This document shows positions 18,642-27,397 of a stretch of DNA of 64,000 bases, piece by piece. This DNA is from Opitutales bacterium. GTDB taxonomy: Bacteria; Verrucomicrobiota; Verrucomicrobiia; Opitutales; JABSRG01. Under the pieces are notes generated by a model. It was not told the DNA's origin and made no database searches. It saw only the letters and a program-made list of their open reading frames with translations. The translations under genes were made by a program, and so were the position numbers. The stretch covers positions 24,089-88,088 of the forward strand of contig JBMYOQ010000012.1 in the NCBI GenBank assembly GCA_049599475.1. The letters are read 5' to 3'. Position 1 is the stretch's first letter. Every line of letters begins with the position of its first letter.

Positions 18642-20144
18642 ATGAAGTCCGCACTTTTAATTCTGGGAAACCAACTGTTTGCCCCCGCGCGCTTACCCGT
18701 CGATAATTCAACGCCTGTGTTCATGGCCGAGGACCTGGGGCTATGTACCTACTTCAAGCACCACAAACAGAAGATCACATTATTCCTCTCCGCCATGCGG
18801 AGCTATGCAGATGAACTCCGTGAAAATGGATACTCCGTGCATTACCACCGTTTGGAGTTTAAAACATCTTCGGATTCCCAATGCACTTATTTGGAGCGCT
18901 TAGCGTCGTTTATCAAAACGGAAAAAATCGAAGCGCTACACTTTTATGAGATCGAAGATCGCCCTTTTGAAGCTGCCATTAAGGAGCTCATCGAGGAGCT
19001 GAAGCTCGAGGCGCATGAACATAGCAGCCCGATGTTTTTAACCTCCCGGGCTGACTTCAAAAACTACATTGATCAACGTAAGCCCTTTATGGCGCGTTTC
19101 TATGAATGGCAGCGCAAACGTTTGAATATTTTGGTGGATCAGAAAGGGAAGCCCGAAGGCGGTAAGTGGAGCTTCGATACCGAAAATAGGAAACGTCTTC
19201 CGAAAAAAATTACATTACCCTCGGAGCCCTGGGTGCAGGCGACTGCGCATAGCGTGGAGTTGATTCCGCAGGTAGATGCATATTTCTCAAAACATCCAGG
19301 TAAGCTGAGTGAGTCCCGCTGGTGGTTGCCGACGACACGAGAGCAGGCTCGGGAATGGTTGTCAGAGTTTTTAAATGACAGATTCCACAGCTTTGGCGAT
19401 TACGAAGATGCCATCAGTCAACGAGGAACTGTGCTCTTTCACAGTGTCTTGACGGTCCCCTTAAATATGGGGTTGTTGACGCCTAAGGAAGTCGTCGATG
19501 CTGCTCTGAAACACGCAAAAGAGCACGGTATTAATCTGAACAGTCTGGAGGGGTTTATTCGCCAAATAATTGGATGGCGTGAATTCATCCGTGGTATAGA
19601 TCGCAATTTCGGTGTGCTTCAAGAGGAGCGTAACCACTTTGATCATCAACGAAGATTAGGGGCTCAGTGGCACACCGCGGATACGGGTATTCCTGTCCTG
19701 GACGAGACCATACAGACGCTTCAAGACTACGGGTGGTGCCACCACATCGAGCGCCTCATGGTGTTGGGTAATTTGATGCTCCTCTGTGAAATAGATCCGA
19801 AGGATGTATATAAATATTTCATGGAGTATTTCGTCGATTCGAGCGACTGGGTGATGGGGCCCAATGTTTATGGAATGGCGCTCTTTAGTGACGGAGGCAT
19901 CTTTGCTACCAAACCCTATATCAGTGGCAGTAACTATCTCCTCAAAATGAGTGACTACCCCAAAGGCGATTGGTGCGATATTGTAGACGGCTTATACTGG
20001 CGTTTCGTAGATAAAAAACGCGATTGCCTTAAATCGAACCCGCGTTTATCCCTGATGTTAGGCTCCCTAAAAAAGATGGACCCAAAACGCAAAGAAAAGA
20101 TATTTGCGGCCGCGGAGAACTTTATATCTGAAGTAACGCTCTAG
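18642..20144 (+). CDS. Prokaryotic (6-4) photolyase (PhrB/CryB family), Fe-S-less subtype
   Basis: LILGNQL, HHKQKI..AMR, GGKWSFDTENR, FGDYEDA, LEGFIRQIIGWREF, HHIERLM, WVMGPNVYGM, TKPYISGSNY; KMSDYPKGDW in place of the CxxC cluster loop. Confidence 0.85.
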   Translation: MKSALLILGNQLFAPARLPVDNSTPVFMAEDLGLCTYFKHHKQKITLFLSAMRSYADELRENGYSVHYHRLEFKTSSDSQCTYLERLASFIKTEKIEALHFYEIEDRPFEAAIKELIEELKLEAHEHSSPMFLTSRADFKNYIDQRKPFMARFYEWQRKRLNILVDQKGKPEGGKWSFDTENRKRLPKKITLPSEPWVQATAHSVELIPQVDAYFSKHPGKLSESRWWLPTTREQAREWLSEFLNDRFHSFGDYEDAISQRGTVLFHSVLTVPLNMGLLTPKEVVDAALKHAKEHGINLNSLEGFIRQIIGWREFIRGIDRNFGVLQEERNHFDHQRRLGAQWHTADTGIPVLDETIQTLQDYGWCHHIERLMVLGNLMLLCEIDPKDVYKYFMEYFVDSSDWVMGPNVYGMALFSDGGIFATKPYISGSNYLLKMSDYPKGDWCDIVDGLYWRFVDKKRDCLKSNPRLSLMLGSLKKMDPKRKEKIFAAAENFISEVTL

Positions 20145-20202
20145 GATTGTATGCCTCTTTTTTTGAATCGATCAAACGCCGCTAAGAGCCGGGTTTTGCT
20201 AA

Positions 20203-20874
20203 CTATTTTTTCGCGATTTCCGGGGGTCGCATTTTTACGATATCCCTATCGCTGCAGACGTAGAAAAGGTCCTCCTCCTCAGCGGGCATTTTACCTAGGC
20301 TCGTTGTTGATCCATAGGCAGGAAGCACGAGTTGCTCTTTTCTGTGCCAGAATGCTTTGAATGCATGGGCACATCCAGCATTGTCCTTGAGCCGAATTCC
20401 AGGATGCAGGTGTCCGCATAGATTGAACTTATCTGTTTGATTTTCCGGCTCGTGACTCAGCCAGAAGGGCCCCAAAGGGTAGGATTGAGTCTTCACGTTC
20501 AACGGGAGGTCGAAAATCGAGCCCTCGGCTTTCCTATCATGATTTCCCAGGACGAGTGTCATTTCATGATCGATACGTTCGCGCCATTGATGGAACGCGA
20601 TAACGAGTTCGTCGGATAGAGAAAATTTGTCATGAAAAAGATCACCCAGGATGATGAGATGTTCGGGCCCTAAGTCTTGAATTAGGCGGTTGAGTGATTC
20701 AAGGTCGTCCTGGTCGCTTCCCTCGGGTAGGAAGAAGTTCTTATGGCGCTGGCTGGCGCTTTTTCCTAGGTGTAAGTCTGCTACGAAAAGAATTTTCTCT
20801 TTAGGCCAGAACAGGGCTTTGCTTGGCAGGAGTTTCAGGGCTTCACCGGCAAGGTTGATATCAAAGGATTTCAT
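20203..20874 (-). CDS. pdeM: Ligase-associated DNA damage response metallophosphoesterase/endonuclease (MPE)
   Basis: ADLHLGK, LGDLFH, GNHD, HEP, GHLHP, LPAYG; next to Lhr; start placed at ATG 20874. Confidence 0.85.
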   Translation of the reverse strand: MKSFDINLAGEALKLLPSKALFWPKEKILFVADLHLGKSASQRHKNFFLPEGSDQDDLESLNRLIQDLGPEHLIILGDLFHDKFSLSDELVIAFHQWRERIDHEMTLVLGNHDRKAEGSIFDLPLNVKTQSYPLGPFWLSHEPENQTDKFNLCGHLHPGIRLKDNAGCAHAFKAFWHRKEQLVLPAYGSTTSLGKMPAEEEDLFYVCSDRDIVKMRPPEIAKK

Positions 20875-21027
20875 AAGAATCTTTCGTTCACTTGATCTGT
20901 TTACACTGGCTTTGACCCACTCCAATGGGCCTTGGTGAGAAGGCCATCACTCTAGAAGGGAGATAGACTTTGTAGCTTGCGACAAGCTTAAGCGCTGTAT
21001 TTACCGTGCTATGATTCATAGAGCACT

Positions 21028-23448
21028 TCAGGCCTCCATCTCAGCTGCAATTCGTTTGAGGCGGTCCGTCATCGACTCGCTAGAAACTTGTTCGTTCAAG
21101 GTCTCGGCCCACAGGGGAAAGGCGAAAGGGGTGAGGCGCTCTGTAGTATTTATTTTAAATGGAAGTTTCTCAATGAACCGCATTGTTTCAAGCAGACGGG
21201 TTTGCTCCAGTTGTCGCTCCATGAGCTCGTTCTTTGCTTGGTGAAGTAGTCGGTTCTCTGCATCGTATCGCACGAATACTTCGTAGAGTAGGTTGGCAGA
21301 CATCTGTACGTTTTTCACGGTTTTCTGTTGTCCTGGATAACCTTGGAAGACGAGCCCGGCAATGCGAGAAATCTCTCGGAATTGTCGTTTTGCCAACTCG
21401 GTTGTGTTGATACATTCCAAGAGATCTTCAGAAAGTCGATCCGTAGTAAACAAGTCTTTTGCAAGTTGGGTGTCTATTTCGAACTTCTTGGCAGACTGTA
21501 GTGAAAATCCAAAGTCGTTGACTGTTGTGCGTAATGTCAGAGGAATGCGTTTGCTGAGCCGGAAAGCTATTAGGGCAGCTAGACCTTCGTGGACCAGGCG
21601 TCCTGCAAAGGGAAAGCAAAAGAGATTTGATGTGCGTTTGATGCGACACTGTTCTATGAGTAACAGATCATTGGTCGGAAGGGACGAGCGATCACTCTGT
21701 ATTTGGAGAATTGTTTTGAGCCGACGCATCTCTATTGATGAGCGTGATTTACTCTTCGATGCATGTCCTGCGATCTCTCGAGAAACGGCTGCTGCGAGTT
21801 CGCTGGAAAGTGGGGCACGCCCGCCTTGCCAACTGGGCGTATTGTTCCCCTGTTTACGTGCTCGCTTTACGTAGGCAGTCATCCCTCGGAAACGAACGAG
21901 CTCAAGGCGCGAGCCCGCGAAGTTGAAGTGGTCACCCGGTTTTAAACGCGCAATGAAACGCTCCTCTATATTACCAAGGCTTGGGCCGGAGCTGAGCTTT
22001 ACGGTGATTTCGGAGTCGCTCGTGATAGTGCCTATGCTCATGCGATGCATGCGTTCGATCCGTTTTTCGGGGACGGTGAGAAGGCCGTCGGCTTCGAGAA
22101 CTTTGCGGTATTCAGGGTAGGCTTTAAGCGCGCCGATTTCTCCTTTGGCGAAACCGAGCACCCACGCCCAGTCGTCGTCATGAATGGAATGATACGCGGC
22201 AGTTGAGCGGACCTCTTTGAGTAAGGTTTCTTCGTTCAGGCTCGCGTTTAGAGACATGCTTATGACGTGTTGCAGGAGAACATCCAACGGACAAATAACT
22301 GGGGTGCGCGCTTCGATTTCGCCTCGTTTCAGGGCCTCACGTGCTGCCGCGAATTCGAGTATCTCCAGGGAATTTGTCGGCACACCATAGATTTTACTGG
22401 TGGCTCCCGGTTGGTGACCACTTCGCCCGGCTCGTTGTATAAAGCGGGCGATGCCCTTCGGAGACCCAATTTGTATCACCTGTTCTACAGGGGAGAAATC
22501 GACTCCAAGGTCCAGGCTCGATGTACAAATGACGGCCAGGAGTTTGCCGTCGTTTAGGTCTTGTTCGACTTGCAGGCGCAATTCTCGGTTCAAAGAACCA
22601 TGGTGTACCGCGATTTTTGATTCTAAATCCGGTGCTGCTTTCAGGAGGCTTTGATACCAAATTTCGCTCTGAGCACGGGTATTCGTGAAAACCAGGGTTG
22701 TCTTGGCATTGTATAGAGTCTCGATGACTTTTGGAAGAAGTTTGATTCCGAGGTGTCCCGCCCATGGAAAGCTCTCTATTTTTTCCGGCAAGAGGGTTTC
22801 GATCTCTATCTTCTTTTTGCGCTTACCCTCGACAAGGACTCCATTCGAAATATCAGGACCGGTGAGCGTTCTCAACGCCTCTTCTAAATTTCCAATGGTC
22901 GCCGAAAGGCCCCAGCGCCGCAGGTTTGGGTGGATGCCTTGAAGTCGTGCGAGGGCGAGTTCAGTCTGCGTTCCTCGTTTGGTACCTAGGAGCTCATGCC
23001 ATTCGTCGCAGATGACACATTGAAGTTTCGAAAAGTGCACTGAAGCATCGGTGTAGGATAGCAGGAGTGTGAGAGACTCGGGAGTGGTCACCAAGACGTG
23101 AGGCAAGCTGCGGCGCTGCCTTTGGCGTTGGGAGCTCGAGATATCTCCGTGACGCAACTCGACCGTCCAATCGAGTCCAACGCCTTCAAGCAATTTGCTG
23201 ATTGCTTGAGCGGTATCGTTGGCGAGGGCGCGCAGGGGCGTGATCCAAAGGAGTTGTAAGCCCCTTCCGGCTTTCTTTTCCTTCAAGGCATCCAAAACGG
23301 GGCCACCGAGAGCTGCGTAGGTTTTCCCGATACCGGTGGGTGCATGAATGAGCCCGCTGTGTCCTTTTTTGTAGGTGTTCCAGGCATCTTTCTGAAATGA
23401 AAATGCCTTCCAGCCGCGAGCCTGGAACCAACGCTCAACGGGATTCAT
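21028..23448 (-). CDS. lhr: Ligase-associated DNA damage response DEXH-box helicase (Lhr-core)
   Basis: APTGIGKT, ITPLRALAND, TTPESL, DEWHEL, GLSATIGN, HHGSL, TSSLDLGVD, QRAGRSGH; 806 aa. Confidence 0.9.
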   Translation of the reverse strand: MNPVERWFQARGWKAFSFQKDAWNTYKKGHSGLIHAPTGIGKTYAALGGPVLDALKEKKAGRGLQLLWITPLRALANDTAQAISKLLEGVGLDWTVELRHGDISSSQRQRQRRSLPHVLVTTPESLTLLLSYTDASVHFSKLQCVICDEWHELLGTKRGTQTELALARLQGIHPNLRRWGLSATIGNLEEALRTLTGPDISNGVLVEGKRKKKIEIETLLPEKIESFPWAGHLGIKLLPKVIETLYNAKTTLVFTNTRAQSEIWYQSLLKAAPDLESKIAVHHGSLNRELRLQVEQDLNDGKLLAVICTSSLDLGVDFSPVEQVIQIGSPKGIARFIQRAGRSGHQPGATSKIYGVPTNSLEILEFAAAREALKRGEIEARTPVICPLDVLLQHVISMSLNASLNEETLLKEVRSTAAYHSIHDDDWAWVLGFAKGEIGALKAYPEYRKVLEADGLLTVPEKRIERMHRMSIGTITSDSEITVKLSSGPSLGNIEERFIARLKPGDHFNFAGSRLELVRFRGMTAYVKRARKQGNNTPSWQGGRAPLSSELAAAVSREIAGHASKSKSRSSIEMRRLKTILQIQSDRSSLPTNDLLLIEQCRIKRTSNLFCFPFAGRLVHEGLAALIAFRLSKRIPLTLRTTVNDFGFSLQSAKKFEIDTQLAKDLFTTDRLSEDLLECINTTELAKRQFREISRIAGLVFQGYPGQQKTVKNVQMSANLLYEVFVRYDAENRLLHQAKNELMERQLEQTRLLETMRFIEKLPFKINTTERLTPFAFPLWAETLNEQVSSESMTDRLKRIAAEMEA

Positions 23449-23452
23449 GAAG

Positions 23453-23491
23453 GTGCCACTTTGGAAGGAAAATCACTCCCTAAGGTGGCAC
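23453..23491 (-). promoter_or_regulatory. Hairpin/palindrome ending 4 nt upstream of the lhr start codon
   Basis: GTGCCAC-N25-GTGGCAC with extra inner pairing that includes AGGGAG on the minus strand. Confidence 0.45.
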
Positions 23492-23519
23492 AGATTGGTT
23501 CGAAATCAAATTTTTGGGA

Positions 23520-23598
23520 GTCCACGAACCACACTAAAGGCACGAAAATCTTGTTGAACTGAGGATCTACTTTTGTGCCTTTCGTGTGGTCCGTGGAC
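23520..23598. repeat. 79-bp imperfect palindrome (family C), copy 2
   Basis: GTCCACGAACCACACTAAAGGCACGAAA...TTTTGTGCCTTTCGTGTGGTCCGTGGAC; arms nearly complementary, each with 9-bp periodicity. Confidence 0.85.
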
Positions 23599-23607
23599 CG
23601 GTAACCC

Positions 23608-24480
23608 TTAGCCCTTGTAGGCACAGGCGGGAACGCCTTGGATTCCCAGACCGTCGATTACGAAGACCTTTCCTGCGTCTTCTTCGACGAGGCTTTTGTG
23701 GATACCGGTAGTGACAAATAGGCGGTCGAGTTTGTCTCCGCCGAAGGCGACTGCGGTCGTTTCCACACAGGGAATTTTTACGTCTTGAATGACCTTGCCC
23801 GTCTCGGGGTCGAAGCGCACCACAACGCCGCCATGGCAAAAGGCCACCCAGAGTTTGCCTTCGCTGTCGATAGTCATGCCATCGGGAGAGTCTTTATAAC
23901 CGCAGGCTTCAGTATCTACGATCTTACGCCCGTTGCTGACGGCTCCTGATGCGAGATCAAAATCGAAGGCTTGGACAGATTTGGTCGGCGTATCGATATA
24001 GTACATAGTCTTCGCATCTATGGACCAGCAGATGCCGTTGGAATTGGTAACCCCTTCTATTTTGAGACTCAGTTCGCCTGCATTATCCAAGCAATAGAGA
24101 TTCGCGGTGCCCGGGTTCTTGACTAGGCTGATGCTGCCTGCCCAGAAGCGGCCGGCGGGGTCGCATTTTCCGTCGTTGAAACGGTTGGTCGCACGTAGTT
24201 CGGCTTCGGGGTCGGCGAGGGGAGTCTTTTCTCCAGTTGTCGGATTGAAGCGCACGTATCCCGTGTCTCCGGCATAGAGGAGATCATCGCCTTCGGTCGG
24301 GACTACAGTGCCGACACGTTCGCCGACCTCCCAAGTTGTTTCTTCCCCAGAAGCGGGATCGAGGCTTACGATTTTATGGCCCTCGATATCGACGTAGAGG
24401 AGAGAGTTTTTCCACCAGATCGGACCTTCGCCCCATTTTGAGACATTTGATCCGATAGTTGAGACAGTTACGCTAGACAT
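23608..24480 (-). CDS. SMP-30/gluconolactonase family protein
   Basis: GEGPIW, RFNDGKCDPAGRFW, SNGICWS, PDGMTIDSEG; start placed at ATG 24480. Confidence 0.9.
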   Translation of the reverse strand: MSSVTVSTIGSNVSKWGEGPIWWKNSLLYVDIEGHKIVSLDPASGEETTWEVGERVGTVVPTEGDDLLYAGDTGYVRFNPTTGEKTPLADPEAELRATNRFNDGKCDPAGRFWAGSISLVKNPGTANLYCLDNAGELSLKIEGVTNSNGICWSIDAKTMYYIDTPTKSVQAFDFDLASGAVSNGRKIVDTEACGYKDSPDGMTIDSEGKLWVAFCHGGVVVRFDPETGKVIQDVKIPCVETTAVAFGGDKLDRLFVTTGIHKSLVEEDAGKVFVIDGLGIQGVPACAYKG

Positions 24481-24592
24481 GGGGCGTAGGAATGAAAGCT
24501 CGGGAGCGTTCTGTCGAGTTCTCAAAATTGAATGAGCATAAATTTCCAAAAATTTGCTCAACAAATCGAGAATTGCTTCTCAAGGTGCGTCC

Positions 24593-25603
24593 ATGGCATT
24601 TGCAGTTTTGGGAGCAGGAGCGTGGGGCACCGCGGTGGCGGTGCATTTCGCGCGCGGGGGGCATTCGACCTTTCTGGTGCCTCGAAGGCAGGAACATGCG
24701 GATGCACTGAGCGCGCAACGTGAGAATGTGGACTACATGCCTGGCGTAAAATTTCCTGAGAAGCTGGAGATAAATACTGACCTTGAGCATGTTTTGCGAG
24801 CTGCTGATACTATCTTCCTTGGCTGCCCGTCGGTGGGATTGCGCGATCTCTGTGACCGGATAACGGCGACCGGTGCTCTTCAAAAGGGTGCAGACGGGCA
24901 CCTGGTGATCTCCCTCGCAAAAGGTCTTGAAAAATCATCGCTCGAAATTCCCTCACGAGTGATGGAGTCGGCCTTGGACGGGGTCCTGGTGGGAGCTTTC
25001 TCAGGCCCAAGTTTTGCCAAGGAAATCTCCTTTGGAAAGCCTGCCGCACTCGTCCTGTCGGCACCAGATGCGAGCAAGGATCGGCTGCAAAAGACCCAGG
25101 AGGCTTTGAGTGATGGGCATATGCGGGTGTATTTGAGTGATGATTTAATCGGAGTCGAGCTGGGGGGATGTTTGAAAAATATCTATGCCATCGCCGCTGG
25201 GATTATGGCCTCTATGGAACTGGGCAGTAATGCTAGCGCGGCTTTTCTCACGCGATCTCTGCACGAGATGGTGGTCCTTGCCACGAGTCTGGGCGCGGAC
25301 CCGCGGACAATGTATGGTCTCTCCGGATTCGGTGATTTGAATGCTACGTGTTCCGACGATCAAAGCCGAAACCGCTCATTTGGGCGACGTATTGGCCAAG
25401 GTGAAAGCGCGGAAGCGATTCTGACGAGCCAGCGTTCAGTGGTAGAAGGCTATTGGGCCTGTGAGTGTTTTTATCGTCTATGTAAGAGCAAGGGCCTGGA
25501 AGCCCCCATCCTCTCGGAGATTTACGCAGTTCTCTACGAGGGTAAATCTGCCCAGAAGGCTTTGATGGACCTGATGATGCGCTCGCTTAAGGAAGAGCAC
25601 TGA
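24593..25603 (+). CDS. gpsA: NAD(P)H-dependent glycerol-3-phosphate dehydrogenase
   Basis: GAGAWGTA, AKGLE, SGPSFAKE, GVELGGCLKN, GLSGFGDL..TC..SRN. Confidence 0.95.
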   Translation: MAFAVLGAGAWGTAVAVHFARGGHSTFLVPRRQEHADALSAQRENVDYMPGVKFPEKLEINTDLEHVLRAADTIFLGCPSVGLRDLCDRITATGALQKGADGHLVISLAKGLEKSSLEIPSRVMESALDGVLVGAFSGPSFAKEISFGKPAALVLSAPDASKDRLQKTQEALSDGHMRVYLSDDLIGVELGGCLKNIYAIAAGIMASMELGSNASAAFLTRSLHEMVVLATSLGADPRTMYGLSGFGDLNATCSDDQSRNRSFGRRIGQGESAEAILTSQRSVVEGYWACECFYRLCKSKGLEAPILSEIYAVLYEGKSAQKALMDLMMRSLKEEH

Positions 25604-25636
25604 GCGCACATTGCGTTTAAATTGGATCCAGAAATT

Positions 25637-26101
25637 TTACCAAGAAGGGAAGTCGATGCCTTTGAAGACGCCTCCAATTGCGTCTCCTATAGCGCCGCAA
25701 ACATCCCCGATAATTGACGAGTCCCAGATTACAAAGTCTGCCACCTCAAGGGCTGTATCGGTCGCAGTAGACGCATTGTCGATGTGGTCGATTGCACTGC
25801 TCCGCTGTTTTCCAGAAATCCTTTGATACTCGCCAGCATCGAACCAAATGTATCCAGAGCTTTGGCATAGGTCGATGGTGACTCCCTTTACCTTGATGGG
25901 GATCATTGCCTTCCCATCGTAGGGGGATGCCAAGTATTCTGGAGCGTTAAGTTGCGCCGATTTATTTTTCTCGAGAAGTGGATCTATCTGAGCTTTTAGC
26001 GAAGCACATTTGAGGAATATACCCCCGCACTCGTGGCAGATAAGTCTATCTGAGTTGCCCTCATGTGCACTGAGTTCTGAATGGTCTCTTGGACATTTCA
26101 T
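25637..26101 (-). CDS. Tandem TFIIB-type zinc-ribbon protein, second ribbon degenerate
   Basis: CPRD...CHECGGIF, then SPYD...IDLCQSSGYIWFDAGE. Confidence 0.65.
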   Translation of the reverse strand: MKCPRDHSELSAHEGNSDRLICHECGGIFLKCASLKAQIDPLLEKNKSAQLNAPEYLASPYDGKAMIPIKVKGVTIDLCQSSGYIWFDAGEYQRISGKQRSSAIDHIDNASTATDTALEVADFVIWDSSIIGDVCGAIGDAIGGVFKGIDFPSW

Positions 26102-26143
26102 ATTCGCTGAAGCGCCATTGAGCCGGCGATTTGTGTTCGCCGA

Positions 26144-27346
26144 TCAGAGCTTCTTGGCAGCTTTCCTGAAAGCCTTTTCAATAATCAGCTTATCCTCCTC
26201 AGTGTGCCTCGCAGAAATAGAGGTCCGGATCAAATCTTTGCCAGGAGGCACCGCCGGTGCGACTGTCAGGAGCGCGAAGACTCCATTCTCGAACAGCGCG
26301 CGTTCGAAGAAGTAGGCTCGTTCCTTGTTGCCGATGACGACGGGGATGGCCGGTGAAACGCTGCCCCAAGTATCGAGGCCCAGATCTTCAAGAAGCCCGC
26401 GATACCAGCGGGTGTTCTCCCAAAGACGCTCAAGGGGTTCGGGATCTGTTTTAAGGATTTCGAGAGAAGCCAAGGCTACCGCAGCATGAACGGGGCTGAG
26501 TGCAGCACTGAAAAGGGTCTGCTTTGAATGCGTACGAAGGTACTCAATTGCAGCTGTGGAGCCCGCGACAAATCCTCCTATGCTCGATAGGGATTTTGAA
26601 AAGCTGCCACAGAGAATGTCGACATCTTCTTCCGCGCCAAAATGGTGTGCTGTTCCGCGTCCGCCTGGGCCCATGACTCCGAATCCGTGGGCATCGTCGA
26701 GGATTGAGAAAATTTGGTGCTTCTTTGCTATCTCGGTGAATTTATCCACCGGAGCACGGTGGCCTTCCATAGAATACACACCTTCATAGACTAAGAATTT
26801 CGCTGTCTCCGGTTTCTCGTAAGAGATTGTCTCTTCGAGATCCGATGGGTTGTTATGCGCGAATTTTTCGTATCGTGCGCCCGATAGCATGATTCCGCTC
26901 CATAGGGAGGAATGCACGTTCTTATCGACAAAGATTACATCGCCTCGATTGGCAAAGGGCTGAATCGCCGAAGTGCAAGACAGGTATCCTGCGGAATGAA
27001 CGTGGCAGGCTTCTTTTCCAAGAAAATCGGCAAGGGAGCTCTCCAGCTCTTCGTGGTAAGCCCGGCTTCCATTGCATACGCGAGCACCCGTGGTGCTGCT
27101 TCCCCACTTGTCTAGGGCTGCTTTTCCCGCCTCAATGACCTTGGGATGGTAGCTAAGGCCGAGGTAGTCATTGCTCGCGAGCATGACAAGCTCCTTGCCT
27201 TTGTTATAAACACGAGAGCCATTCTGTTCCTCAAAAACGCGATAGTAGGGCTCGTATTTGAGCCTGAGCTTGGTCATCTGATCGGATTGGATCCGTTTAT
27301 AGACCGGGTTCTTTTCTGATTTGAGGAAGGAAGGAAGCAAGGACAT
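26144..27346 (-). CDS. Alpha-oxoamine synthase family PLP enzyme, serine palmitoyltransferase-like
   Basis: SNDYLGL, GAR..NG, VHSSL, EGVYSMEG, DDAHGFG, GSFSKS; family secure, substrate not. Confidence 0.75.
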   Translation of the reverse strand: MSLLPSFLKSEKNPVYKRIQSDQMTKLRLKYEPYYRVFEEQNGSRVYNKGKELVMLASNDYLGLSYHPKVIEAGKAALDKWGSSTTGARVCNGSRAYHEELESSLADFLGKEACHVHSAGYLSCTSAIQPFANRGDVIFVDKNVHSSLWSGIMLSGARYEKFAHNNPSDLEETISYEKPETAKFLVYEGVYSMEGHRAPVDKFTEIAKKHQIFSILDDAHGFGVMGPGGRGTAHHFGAEEDVDILCGSFSKSLSSIGGFVAGSTAAIEYLRTHSKQTLFSAALSPVHAAVALASLEILKTDPEPLERLWENTRWYRGLLEDLGLDTWGSVSPAIPVVIGNKERAYFFERALFENGVFALLTVAPAVPPGKDLIRTSISARHTEEDKLIIEKAFRKAAKKL

Positions 27347-27397
27347 AGACCTATCGGTTTAATGCTCTGTGAGATATCGCAATGAGTACAATCGGAG

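Noticed and set aside
11236..23520. LexA box (TGTTC-N4-GAACA) upstream of uvrB, the photolyases or lhr
   Set aside because: No match found by eye in these intergenic regions
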